A stretch of 64,000 nt of DNA. Source: Callorhinchus milii (taxonomy: Eukaryota). The notes below the pieces were generated by a model. The model ran no database searches, was not told the origin of the DNA, and was given only the letters and a program-made list of their open reading frames with translations. A program made the translations under genes and the position numbers. The DNA lies in assembly GCF_018977255.1 (NCBI RefSeq), contig NW_024704743.1, positions 87,422,001 through 87,486,000 on the forward strand, read 5' to 3'. Shown in pieces: positions 1 through 12,978 of the stretch (the first letter of the stretch is position 1; each line of letters starts with the position of its first letter).

Positions 1-727
1 AGATACGGGTCTAAGTCTGTCATTCTCCACAAAAGGAGTTAATGCCATGTGGCAGGGGTTGTAGGTTGAGGCTACTATTACCTTCAGGCAAAGGAGGGGA
101 GCAGTAGGGGACCAATAGCTCCATTTAACAAGGCCCTTTCACTTACTGTATGGCCTTGGCAACGAGACAACAGCTCAAATCGTTCCCAGATCACGTAAGA
201 TCTAATTTGTGTGATTCACAAATAACTAATCTTGAATCTCCTATTTGTCTTTTCAACTGCATTTGGATCCCTTAGGGTTTTAACTTCCTCCCTGATTAGC
301 ATTTAGTGTTATTATACTGGAAGGTATTTTTGGCATGTTTCTGCCTATGTTTCTTTGCCATTCACTCTTCGCTCCCTCAATGTCCTTTTTTTTAAACCTC
401 TTTTGTACAATGGTACTCTGCTCATTTGCAACCCTCGTCCTTATCTCTATGATTTGGGGGGATATAGAGCCCATTTGAGGCAACCCTATCATAGCCTGAG
501 CTTTTGAGAACAGCACAGTTACCAGGGAGCAAGCTGATGTTGTTAAGCCTGTGTTAACAGGCTCATGCATGTGAAATCTTTTCAATCACTTTGGATAACC
601 AAGTGAAATGTGCTTTCTATGGTTTATATGTCAATCTGCATCTTTGGTGGGCCAGTACATCAAAGTATAAAATCCCATCTCCAATATTGAACACAATTTT
701 ATCTTCTGCTTTTCTTTTAAATCACAG

Positions 728-896
728 CGAATGTTACAACAAAAGAGAAGAGGCGGCACAGATCTCACAAATTCTTATGCCTGAGGGTTGGCAAGCCCAT
801 GAAGAAGACCTTTGTGTCCCTCGCAAGTGCCTCCATGCAGCAGTATGCACAAAGGGATAAAAAACATGAGTACTGGTTTGCAGTTCCACAGGAAAG
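728..896 (+). CDS. OXR1: OXR1 internal coding exon (169 nt, phase 1 to 2)
   Basis: Acceptor cacag|CG, donor AG|gtaagc. Translates NVTTKEKRRHRSHKFLCLRVGKPMKKTFVSLASASMQQYAQRDKKHEYWFAVPQE(R), matching the vertebrate OXR1 segment HKFLCLRVGKP...HEYWFAVPQER. Confidence 0.95.
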
Positions 897-1006
897 GTAA
901 GCTGACTTTCTACCTTCTTCAGAACCTTTCAAGCTTTTTAAGCCCCAGGTCTGGCTCTTTCCTAAAAGCTGGCAAAGGACCAGCACATGACAGAAACCTT
1001 TAACAT

Positions 1007-1327
1007 GGAGTCCTGTAGCTCAGTGGTTATAGCACTCGCTTTGCAAGCGAGAGACCTGAGTTCAATTCCAGGCAGGGCGAAACCTTGGGCAAGTTTCCTT
1101 ACTCCACACGCCTAATAATAATCCCTCCAAAACCAAAACCAATAATAAATTGGTCATTTTCAATCTACGACTGTTTGTGGGACATTGCTATGCGCAATTG
1201 GCTGCTGCATTCGCCCACAAATATACAGTCAATTCACTTTTACAGTGTGTTCTGTGAAGCGCTTTGGGACATCCTCCCAACGTGAAAAGCGCTATATCAA
1301 ATGCAAGGATTATTATTATTATTATTA
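1007..1327 (+). mobile_element. Full-length tRNA-derived Deu-domain SINE (short subfamily)
   Basis: A box TAGCTCAGTGG, B box GTTCAATTCC, core TGTGGGACATTGCTATGCGCAATTGGCTGC, L2-like tail, (TTA)n; flanking direct repeat ttaacatg. Confidence 0.9.
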
Positions 1328-4300
1328 ACATGTTTTACAATATTTATACTTGAAAACTGCATCCATGCTATCTATAAGCACACAAATACAAATGTGCAAA
1401 ACACCGAGCAGATGTGAACAATCCCTTTACACTCCCATCAGTACTGAAGGAGAACAGATTGTTTACCTTCTGAAAGCAAGTTTGACATTTAAAGCAATAA
1501 GAGCCTATTGACTGATTTCAATTTTATGTATTTAAACTTTATTTTTGCACTGCCCATTTTCACATTTTTTGGGGGAAAAAATCATCGACAATATCCTTTC
1601 TTTGAAGACTGCTCTTGCTGATTCATGATTACAGCCTGGAAGCAGAGAACTGGGTGGTGTCTCCTGTTACATCTGGGAATCTAGGTTTGAACCCACTTCA
1701 GGGATGTAGGAGGAGATCTGCTGCTGACCAGGCAAAGGATAGGAAAGCGCTTTGGGACGTCCTCCTGACATGAAAGCCACTAGACAAATGTAATTCATTG
1801 TTGTTGTTGATAGGATGAGCCCAAATTCAAATGCAGCCCATATGTTATTACTATAGGCCAGCAATTGCACTGCCTGTGGTGATTGGGTGGAATCACTTAT
1901 TTGGTTAGTGGTTACAATGGGCTGCAATGCTCTAGAATTTAGTTTATGTTCTTAAACGGCTCTCCCCCCCCAAGTATCTTAAAATTGAAGACAAAATGTA
2001 CTTGCAGGCTAAATTAGATTTGGCCTAGTGTGAAAAAGGTTTATTCTGCACATGGCTGTCTTGTACTTCACGCTGACATCAATACTTCGATGCTACTACT
2101 TGGTTTTCAAGTACAACCAGTTTGTCACTGACATCCTCGCCTTTGGAAACTTGTTTTGAAAGGTTAGACGTCAACCTGTGATCTCAATACAGTAGAAAAG
2201 TCTGGGCCAACAGTGAGATCAGATAAATATCTCTAATTGTATGAGGAATCATAGTTCACTTGCAGATTCCCAATTGATCACTTATCTGATCAACCCGTTT
2301 AGCATCCCAAAACTGATTAGTGTGCTTTGTGTGTCTAGAGAGTAACTTAGAAGCAATTGAAACAATTGGAGATGTATTTGTGATATTGGCAGAAGTCTTT
2401 GAAGTTAAAAGTATCCTAGATATTTTTACCAATTGTTTTGAACATAATGAATGGAATGACTTTGACCCATGTTGAGGACAGGAGAGCAGTTGTGGTGCAT
2501 TTCATGTCTGTTCAGAACTAATGGTAAGAATGTGGTTGGTCAGGTTTGCCATGGTGTGCTGGCTTTCTTGACCCAGTAAATTAAATGCTTCTGTAGCATT
2601 GTACTACCCTACCTCTGTAATTTCTGCAAGCCTACTCCCCTCGCCACTCTGCTCTGCCACCTCCAGCCTGCCTTGTGTCCCCTCCACCCACTCTGCCAAA
2701 CCATAAGCAGGTGAGTTTTCATCCACCTTGTCCCCCTCCACAAGTACTCTTTCCCAAAATCTTTCCATCCCTCGCCCGCTCTCTGCTTTCAAATCCTGCC
2801 TACCATTTTGTGCTTTTGTGAGTTTGTGGAACAAAATTTCTGTTTTCATTTACATCCAGTAGTGATGGCTCAGTGGAGATGCTCCAGTCATTGATTTGTA
2901 ATTGGATCTGTGGACGAGCAGCGAGCTTAATGCAGAGGTGCCTGAACCTCACAATTTCAGTACCACAGCTACACAGCAGTACCCACACAGCAGGACCCAA
3001 TTGTTTAGCTCCATAGTCTCACGTTCATAAATCACCCCAACATCATCACTTCAGTGGAGCTCATCTAAGGCATGTGCGGGCCAGCGCTTTCGCATGCAGT
3101 ACTGACAGTACTGACCTACAATGGAGGCGCTTACTGGAGCAGAGATGAACACTTTCACAGAGATAATGCATGCTGGATAGGAGCCATCCTACTCACTTTT
3201 TAAAATTGGACAGAATTATAACAGCACAGAAGGAGGCCGTTTGGCCCATCGTGTCTGTGCCAGCTCTTTGAAAAGAGCCATCCAAATGAATCCCACTCCC
3301 CCTCTCTCCCCATAGCCCTGCAAACTTATCCTCTCCAAATAATTATCTAATGTGGGAGTACTTTGTACTACAGGTACTGCCCTCAGGCTAGGCTTTTTAC
3401 TTCTAATGATGCCATCCTTAATGGGTACTTTTCTGATTTTGTAGCTAAGTTTTAATTAAATATAAAGGTAACCAAGTTTGAAAGTGCACTGTCCTCTCCC
3501 CAGAGGAACACAAATCAAATCAAGTGCTCACTGCCTGAGCTCAAATCAGGAAGAATTTTACCACTTTATCAATCAACATCTTCAGGAAGGGGAAATGTGA
3601 AATGAAACCACCACAGGATTATTTTTCAGGCCTGGGTGTTTTATAGGTTTATTTATTAATATATTATTATTAAACACAAAAAAAAGTAAACTCTTTATCT
3701 GATTGAAGAACAATCATTTTGCTAGGGCATTTGATTTTGTGTGAACACTTTTGGAAAACACCATGTTTGCCTACAAAATACAATACATTCTGTGAAGTGC
3801 ATTGAGAAGATGTCCTCCCAATGTGAAAAGTGCAACATCAAATGCAGGGATTACTATTTATTAATTACATAGTACCTGTACAAAAACACCTTTTTTAATT
3901 TAAGTATTGATAAAGTAATGTTGCAAATTCATAGATAAGCACTGTTTGATTAATAGTTTAATTGTTCTATGAATAGCTTAATAAGTGATTATTATCAAGC
4001 TGAACTGTCATTTTGTATAATCATTTTTGCAAGCATTAGTCCCATTGAACTTCTCTCACTTAAGAAATAAAGTAAGGTTGAACATTTTTGAATCCACACT
4101 TGTGTTTTAAGCATGCTTGTCATTTCACCTGCGATCCTAATGCTTGATTGATAATGCAATATGATCCCAAGTTTTGTGCTGAAGTCATTTATCTTAGTCA
4201 AATGCCTGTTGTTTGGAATGCAGCATGTGTTTCTCACAAAACAGATCTAAAAGGGAAACCATCTACTTCAACTATCACAATGCCCTACTGTTGCTAAGAC

Positions 4301-4857
4301 TATTTCAGAAAGTATTTAAACATTAGTTAACATGAACCATGTTTCACTCACACAGTGAGTATTTTATAAAAAGTTGTCTAGTTTTTCTCAAGTTCTACCC
4401 AAAAAGCAATTAATTGGGGTAAAGTTCCATGGGCATAATGCCAATGTGTCTACCCCCGTAAGCCTGATCCTATCCTATCATAAGTCTGATCCTATCTTTG
4501 GATAATGAGCAGGAACAGGAATCCTCACTTATTTCTTCCTTCTCTTTCCCCATCCCCAATGACAATGAGGTCCAACTACCTCTGTGACTGAGACTTGAAC
4601 ATGTGAAACTTTTTAACAAGAAAATTGATTAACCCCAGGCCAAATGAACTTGGAAACTTCTTGGATTGCCTGGCTGGCAGTTCTGCATAGACTTGATTAT
4701 CTTGCTGTAAATGTACAGTAATTTGATCTTTTTGTGTTATCTTTCATTGTAGGCACTAGACATTGTGTCCACAAACCAGGGACCCCAATCTATTTTAAGA
4801 TCATGGCAGATCATTTAATCCCATTTCCCCAACCTTTCTCGAAATCCCTTAATACCT

Positions 4858-5787
4858 TTTCGCCCACAAATATACAGTCAATTCACTTTATAGCATATTC
4901 TGTGAAGCGCTTTGAGATGTCTAGAAGACGTGAAAAGCACTATATCAAATGCAAGGATTATTATTATTATTATTATTCTTCCAGAGTAATTATCTCCCTT
5001 TTAAATAGGCATTCCACATTCCCACATCTCTGCCAACAAACTCTATAGTGTGCTTTACAGATAAGACTTACAAACAGTAACAGCCAATGATCCTCTTAAA
5101 ATAGAGGACAAGGTTTTCAAATTATGTTCACTGCAATAATATTGTAATGCTCCAGGATGTGTCTGGAGCATTTGTTGCTGCTGAGAACAGGCTGGACCAG
5201 CCTAACAGCATTCCAGTCCCACTCTTCTGGGAATGGTTCAGATTACCCAAGAGTGTTGAGAACAAAACTGCAGCAAATAATAATAATAATAATCCTTGCA
5301 TTTGATATAGCGCTTTTCACGTCTTCTAGACGTCTCAAAGCGCTTCACAGAATATACTGTAAAGTGAATTGGCTGTATATTTGTGGGCAAACGCGGCAGC
5401 CAATTGCGCACAGCAGTGTCCCACAAACAGTCGTAGATTGAAAATGACCAATTTATTATTGTTTTTTTGTTTTTGGAGGGATTATTATTAGCGTGTGGAG
5501 TAAGGAAACTTGCCCAAGGTTTCGCCCTGCCTGGAATTGAACTGCAATTGGCTGCCGCGTTCGCCCACAAATATACAGTCAATTCACTTTACAGTGTGTT
5601 CTGTGAAGCGCTTTGGGATGTCCTCCCGATGTGAAAAGCGCTATATCAAATGCAAGGATTATTATTATTATGTTTCGCCCACAAAATATACAGTCAATTC
5701 ACTTAACGGTATATTCCGTGAAGCACTTCGAGATTTCTCGAAGACGTGATAAGGCACAATATCAAATGCAAGGATTATTATTATTAT
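4858..5787. mobile_element. Cluster of four SINE pieces: + 4858-4977, - 5277-5541, + 5544-5670, + 5671-5787
   Basis: Each piece matches the 3' part of the SINE at 1007 and ends in a (TTA)n tail. Confidence 0.85.
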
Positions 5788-6742
5788 TTCAAAACATTGT
5801 TTCTGCTTGCAAAAGGTGGATCCCTTGTCCTCATTGTAGAGAAGAGTTTAAGTGGTGCTTTCCTGTGTAGAGGGGCATTTAAGAGTCATAAATTGCACCT
5901 TCCTGTGAATTTCAGAATGTTATTATATTGTAATCTCTTTATCTTTGTGTTGCAAAAAAATGCATTGAGTTTCCCATTTTCTTTAGTGTACACCAGGTGC
6001 TTATTGTAAAGTGTGACATTGTAGAAGTCTCTGCTGCTTCCCATTTCTACTAAAATTGACAGTCATGTGCTGCCTGGTGTTGTGGACTAATGGTAGGACT
6101 CCAGCTGGAGATATGCATGCAGTGTTCAAGTATAAAGGAGATGATTGATTGGCAGAGAGTTCGCCTATGGAATTCGATCATTTAATTCACAGTTTCAGAT
6201 GATTCAAATCTTTTGATGAGCAAAGCTCAAGTTGTCAGCATCGCCATAACCCTGAGAGGTACCGGACACTACTTTCCTTGTTTTGTGTACTGTACAGGGT
6301 TGCTACATTTTATTGTTTCTACTTTTTTACAATTTGTTTTTGCTGGTTGGGTTGGGGGGGAAGACATCTCATGAATTGGCTATTTTGCAATACTTTTAAT
6401 AATGATAGCAGCAGCATCTTTAGTGTGACAGGTAGGTTTTTGTAGCTGCTGGCCCTCCCTTACTGCCAAGCTGCCAGGAGAAGCTGAGGTTCTATTATTA
6501 CATTCTGCTATGTGTGTAGCATTTGGTATATTCAGAATAGCAACGCTGAAATTGCCTAACATTTAAATCTCTAATGTTATTTTGTAAGTTTGTCATCTGT
6601 GTTAAAGGTTGCTCTTTTAAAGCATGACCTTTAATTTTCTGGCACTTTATGCTATTGCATGAATACAGCAGATGTTTGGGGTGGGGGTGGGGGGCACGTG
6701 TAGGGGGAAGAAAAGAGAAGCCCCATAGTCTTATTAACTTAG

Positions 6743-7100
6743 TGTAGCTTATTAGTGGTTAGAGCACTTGCCTCCCAAGAGAGAGATCTGGGTTTGATTC
6801 CCGGCAGGGCAAAACGCTGGGAAGTTTCCTTACTCTGCATGTCTGTTTACCTAGCAGTATTTAGGCACCCGGTTGTTAGTCGATTAGTGGATCACTTTTC
6901 CGAGGGTAATAATTCCTTAAAAAAAAATTATAAATTGGTCGCTCAATCCATGACTGCTTGTTGGACACTGCTGTGGGCAATTGACTGGCACATTTCGCCC
7001 ACAAAATATAGTCAATTCACTTTATAGTATATTCTGTGAAGCGCTTTGAGACATCTTGAAGACATGGTAAGGTGATATATCAAATGCAAGGATTATTATA
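6743..7100 (+). mobile_element. SINE, long subfamily
   Basis: Same head and tail, plus an extra internal segment ctgtttacctagcagta...gttgttagtcgatt. Confidence 0.85.
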
Positions 7101-7239
7101 TTAAAGTACAGTCAAACGTGACTAATTTTGCATCAAAAAACTGAGGACATTAAAATTGGCCCATTTAAATTAGTGAGTCCAGTTTCGAAACTTTCGATAC
7201 AGTGATTATTTCAGTGGTGCAGTCAATGTTGCCTATTCT

Positions 7240-7890
7240 TACCTTGCCGTGCCTCCACTGCCTTTCCTCTCTGCTCTACCTTCACGGTTATGTTCTTGCC
7301 TGATTGCATTCTTATTTTCTCAAAGTCTCCACTTTGTGTCTGCCAACAGCTTCTCCTCCCACACAAGCATGTGTGGAATTCCAGGGCTCTGTCCTTGATC
7401 CTCTCCTTTATAATACTTACATGCACTCATTTGGTGATGTCATCTGCAGGCAGGGGGTTATCTTCCATATGTATGCAGAATGACACCCAACTCTTATCTC
7501 TCTGCCTCCACCCTCTTTTCAGGAACACTACTATCCTGACGGATTGTCTGTCAGGCATCATATCAGTCTTGCTCCTCCCTACCTCTTCGACCTACTAAAA
7601 CGTTACCAACCTATCCGTTCCCTCCATTTGGGCACTGGCTTGCTCCATGTCCCCCTGCTTGCCCGCTCCACCATCGGTTGTCGGGTCTTCATCCTTTTTG
7701 TCCCCACCCTTTGGAACACCGTCCCGGGGCTCCTCCACCTCGCCCCTTCGCTTGCCTCCAAGACCCATCCCAAGAACTTCCTCTTTGACCGTGTCGTCGG
7801 TCTTCCTCCCCACTCCAACCCTCAGCTCGGATGTGACCCCTTTGCCTTGGAACGCCCTCCCGATGTGAGAGATGCTAAAAAATGCTGAGT
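7240..7890 (+). mobile_element. Degraded L2 LINE 3' fragment
   Basis: Remnant of the YADDTQLY region (tatgcagaatgacacccaactc), a PTLWNTVP segment and an L2-type tail. Confidence 0.7.
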
Positions 7891-8619
7891 ATTTTGAAGT
7901 CTGCAGCCATAGAAACTTACAAGTAAGTTAAACTTTGCTGTGCAAAGAACACAAGTGGCTATTTATCAGTCTGTGTTGCTGCTGTAATTCTGTTGTCACA
8001 TAAAAAAGTGAAATGAGATTAGCTTCCATAAAGAGTTATTTCACTGCTGAGTACAGTGTGAACACTTCATGAGAACAGGAGACCATCTAAAAATGACTTT
8101 CTACCATGTTTTGGTATCTCATTGATTTACTTCCATTTTGAAAGTCAGAAAACACTGTAGCCTCTGATGGAGTTAATGAGGCTGTAAATTGGATGTTAAT
8201 AAGAGCATTGGCTCTGAGAAAGCTTGCTTTTTGAAGAAAAATCAAACTGCAATTGAGCATGAAATGATTTATTTTTAAAGAACACTGTTCCACTGTATGA
8301 TCACTGGATGAGCGACGGGATGCTTACAAATGCTTAAATTAGTCCTAAGAATATCTGACTCAGAGCTAAAGTTGACTTGTTATGATTACTAATAGAGTCT
8401 GGTTAAAGGGACGAAGTCACAAATTGCCAGCTGTACTAATTGATGATGTACTACTAATACAATCTGAAATAGGAGCCAAAACTAATGGGTAGGGTGGTTA
8501 TTTGAAGGAGCAGCAGGAAGCTTGTCAGGCAGTGTTTTCAATGGCAAGCTATGCAGCTTTTAGCTAATTAAACTACAACAGTATCACACGCATACTCTGG
8601 GTTCTGACATAGACAGAAT

Positions 8620-9463
8620 GGTAAAATGGGCAGACACATGGCTGATGAATTTCAATGTGGAGAAATGCGAGGTAATGCATTTTGGTAGAAAGAATGAGGG
8701 GAGGCAATATAGTCTGGTAATACAATCTTAAGGGGGGTGAAAAAACAGAGAGATCTGGGGGTGCAGGTAAATGAATCCTTGAAGGTGGCAGGACAGGTAG
8801 ATAAAGCTGTAAAAAGGGCATATGGGATAGTAGGCTTTATAAATAGGGGCATAGAGTACAAGAGTCAAGAGGTTATGACTAACGTATATAAAACACTGGT
8901 TAGGTCTCAGTTAGAATACTGCGCCCAGTTCTGGACACCACACTATAGGAAGGATGTTAAGGCATTGGAAAGGGTGCAGAGAATATTTACAAGGATGGTA
9001 CCAGAAATGAGGGACCTTGATTATGAGGAAAGGCTAGAGAGGCCGGGATTATTCTCATTGGAGCAGAGAAGGTTACGAGGAGACCTAATAGAGGTCTCCA
9101 AAATCATGAGGGGATTTGATAGATTAGAAAGGGAAAAACTGTTTCCACTGGTGGGTGTGTCGGTGGCTTGAGGTCACAGATTCAAAATAGTATCTAAAAG
9201 AAGCAGAGTGGAGGTGAGAAGAAATGTTTTCACGCAGCGAATTGTTCGAATCTGGAACGCATTGCCTGAAAGGGTGGTCGAGGCCGATTCGATAACAATT
9301 TTTAAAAACACGGTGGATGGGTATTTGAGGAGGATGGGTTTGCAGGGTTATGGGGAAAGAGCTGGGGAGTGGGACTGACATTAATTGCTCTATTCAAAGA
9401 GCCGGCACAAATTTGATGGGCCGAATGGCCTCTTTTTGTGCTGTACGATTCTATGATTCTATG
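8620..9463 (+). mobile_element. 5'-truncated CR1 LINE
   Basis: ORF2 C-terminus (RDLGVQV...YKTLVRSQLEYCAQFWTPHYRKD...LEQRRLRGDLIEV) and 3' (ATTCTATG)n tail. Confidence 0.92.
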
Positions 9464-9986
9464 AACCCTTCACACTTGCCAACCTGCACCTAATTTTCTT
9501 AGGACATAATTTGGGTGAATTGGGAAACTTCCGTCCTCAGTCTGTTATTCTAAACAGACTGTGACATAGGCTCAACTCATTTGTGTATTTCCTCCTTTGA
9601 TTTATACAGAAAGCTTGAGAAAGCACGGTCAAGTAAAATCAATCGAACTTTCTTGTAGTTTTGATGAAATCCACAGCCCTCAGCATTAAATCTTATATGA
9701 CACAATAAATATCAACAAACACAAGTATGAAATAATAAACTCCAATCACACTTAAATTAAACACGCTAGCAGCCACTTGTAATGAAGTTAATGTAAAGTG
9801 CACGAAAAATCGATCTCTGACTACTATAGTCAGGGCACATATCTTTTGATATTATCAGGTAGAAAATGGTGACCTCGAGAACAGGCACTCATTCTTTTAT
9901 GGGTATTGAGCCCCTTCCCGAATTAGTGTACACAACAGTATATATTGCTCTAATTATTGCAATGTATTACACCAATTGCACCAATT

Positions 9987-10308
9987 GGAGTCCTGTAGCT
10001 CAGTGGTTAGAGCGCTCGCTTTGCAAGCGAGAGACCTGAGTTCAATTCCAGGCAGGTCAGGGCGAAACCTTGGGCAAGTTTCCTTACTCCACACGCCTAA
10101 TAATAATCCCTCCAAAAAACAAAACAATAATAAATTGGCTATTTTCAATCCATGACTGTTTGTGGGACATTGCTGTGCGCAATTGGCTGCCGCGTTTCGC
10201 CCACAAAAAAAAATACAGTCAATTCACTTTACAGTATATTCTGTGAAGCGCTTTGGGACGTCCTCCCGACGTGAAAAGCGCTATATCAAATGCAAGGATT
10301 TTTATTAT
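9987..10308 (+). mobile_element. Full-length SINE, short subfamily
   Basis: Near-identical to the 1007 copy. Confidence 0.9.
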
Positions 10309-10309
10309 A

Positions 10310-12455
10310 AACTGGGAAATTAGATTAAAAATATGATGGTAGACCAGTAATGGCAAATGTTTAGAGATATAAAACATAATTCCCAACGATCACGTATTCC
10401 CTTGAAAAATAAAAATACCACGGGACAAATGATTCAACCTTGGCTAACTAGAGAAGTTAGGGAAAGTATAAAATTAAAAGAAAAGGCTTATAATACTGCC
10501 AAAAAGCGCAGTAAACCTGAGGATTGGGAGGGCTTTAAAGAACAGCAAAGGAAAACCAAGAAACTGATTAAGAGAGAGAAAATGGAATATGAGAGTAAAC
10601 TAGCTAGGAACATAAAGACAGATTGTAAGAGTTTTTACAAATACATAAAGAGGAAGAGACTATCAAAAGTGAATTTGGGTTCATTGCAGGCAGAGACAGG
10701 AGAAATTATAATGGGGAATAAAAAAATGGCAGAGTCAATAAACAAATATTTCGCTTCTGTTTTCACGTTAGAGGACACTGAAAACTTACTGTAAATAGAG
10801 GGGAAGCTAGAGGCTAATGCTAGTGAGGAACTTAAAGAAATGAACATCAGTAGCAATAGTACTAGAGAAATTGGTAGGTTAAAAACTGATAAATCCCTGG
10901 ACCTAATGGCCTGCATCCTAGGGTTTTAAAAGAGGTGGCTGCAGAGATAGTGGATGCTTTGTTTTTGATCTTCCAAAATTCCCTGAATTCTGGAATGATT
11001 CCCAGTGATTGGAAGGTCGCAAACATAACGCCGATATTTAAGAAGGGTGGGAGACAAAAAATGGGGAACTATAGACCAGATAGTCTGACATCGGTGGTAG
11101 GGAAAATTCTAGAGTCCTTAATTAGGGATGTTGTCGTGGGGTACTTAGAAAATCATAACATGATTAGGCAGAGTCAACATGGCTTTACGAAAGGGAAATC
11201 ATGTTTAACAAATTTATAGAGTTTTTTGAGGTGAAACTAGAAGGTTAGATAGGGGGGAACCAATAGATGTGGTGCATTTGAATTTCCAGAAGGCATTCGA
11301 CAAGATGCCACATCAAAGGCTGTTGCATAAGCCCATGGAATTAAAGGTAATATATTAGCAGGGTTTGGAGAGTGGCTAACAGGAAGAAAACAGAGAGTAG
11401 GGATAAACGGTTCCTTCTCAGATTGGCAGGATATGACTAGTGGAGTGCCACAAGGATCAGTGCTTGGGCCTCAATTATTTACAGTCTATATCAATGATTT
11501 AGATGAGGAAATAGAACTTAACATATCTAAATTCGTAGATGATACGAAGATAGGTGGGAGAGTAAGCAGTGAGAATGACACACAAAGAATGTAAGGGGAA
11601 ATAGACAGGCTAGGTGAGTGGGCAAGAAGGTGGCAGATGGAGTATAACGTGGGGAAGTGGGAAGTTATTCACCTTGGTAGTAAAAATAGAAAAGCGGATT
11701 ATTTTCTAGAGGGGAAGAGACCAAGTAGTGTTAGTGTTCAGAGGGATTTGGGTGTCCTTGTACACCAGTCACATAAAGGTTAGTATGCAGGTACAGCAAG
11801 CAATAGGAAGACTAATGCCATGTTGGCGTTCGTTGTAAAAGAGTTAGAGTACAAGAGTAGGGAAGTCTTGCTGTAGTTGTTTAAGGCCTTGGTGAGACCA
11901 CACCTAGAATATTGTGTTCAGTTTTAGTCTCCTTATTTAAGAAAGGACATACTCGCCTTACAGGGGGTGCAGCGTAGCTTCACTAGGTTGGTTTCTGGGA
12001 TGATGGGGTTGACCTATGAGGATAGGTTGAGTAAACTAGGCCTATATTCTCTAGAATGTAGAAGAATTAGAGGTGATCTTATAGAACTTGTAAGATTCTT
12101 AAGGGTCTTGACAGGGTAGATGCCGTGAGACTGTTTCCCCTGGTTGGAGGATCTAAAACTAGAGGTCACAGTCTCAAGATTAAGCGTCAGGCTTTTCGAA
12201 CTGAGTTGAGGAAACATTTCTTCACTCAGAGGGTAGTGAATTTGTGGAATTCTCTACCCCAGAAGGTTGTGGATGCTCAGTCCTTGAACGTATTCAAGAC
12301 TGAGGTTGATAGATTTCTAAAGGATAGAGGGATTAAGGGATATGGGGATAGGGTAAATGGAATTAAGGTAGAAGATCAGCCATGATCTTATTAAATGGCG
12401 GGGCAGGCTCAAGGGGCTGAATGGCCTACTCCTGCTTCTATGTCTTATGGTCTTA
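10310..12455 (+). mobile_element. 5'-truncated CR1 LINE (about 2.1 kb), decayed ORF2 with RT domain
   Basis: DWKVANITPIFKKG...NYRP.SLTSVVGKILE...[24 protein letters not shown] and FVDDTK motifs; stops and frameshifts; tail tatgtcttatggtctta. Confidence 0.93.
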
Positions 12456-12978
12456 ATGTCTTGATGGCATAGAAAGTCTCACAAACAACTTTAATTACAT
12501 AAAAGATGTATTTAAAGTGTTACGCAGACTGCCTAATGCTTTTAGTGAACACATAAACTTTACAGAACATATTCTAAACAGATGCATAGAAAACAAAGGG
12601 ATGACCATAGCAAACCGTGTCTAAAAGAAAAGATGCAGCAGTGGATATCTGTCAAATGCTCAAGAGCATTTTTTGTAATGCTTGAAGCCCAGTGGATGAG
12701 ACATAGATATATATCTGTGTCAGTGATGGCAATTTCTAGGAAGTTTCTCGAAGTTGTGAAATAATTCAGTGACAAAATAGAATAAAAACTATGGTAACTG
12801 ATTTCACTGTGAACTCACAAACTATAAAATAACAAAGAAATCATTAATTTCATGGCTGTTTGTGCGACAATGCTGTGTGCAAAGTTGCTGCCATGTTCAC
12901 CTGCAAAATACCTAGTCACCGCATTCTAAAGTCTAGAGTAATTCCTATGAAGCATCTTAAGATATTCTCCCAATGTGA

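Noticed and set aside
1007..1080. tRNA-Ala gene
   Set aside because: The tRNA-like sequence continues into a SINE body and tail and recurs many times; it is a SINE head.
8737..12385. Functional reverse transcriptase gene or novel RT system
   Set aside because: These are fragmented, 5'-truncated CR1 ORF2 copies with stops and frameshifts, ordinary for this kind of genome.
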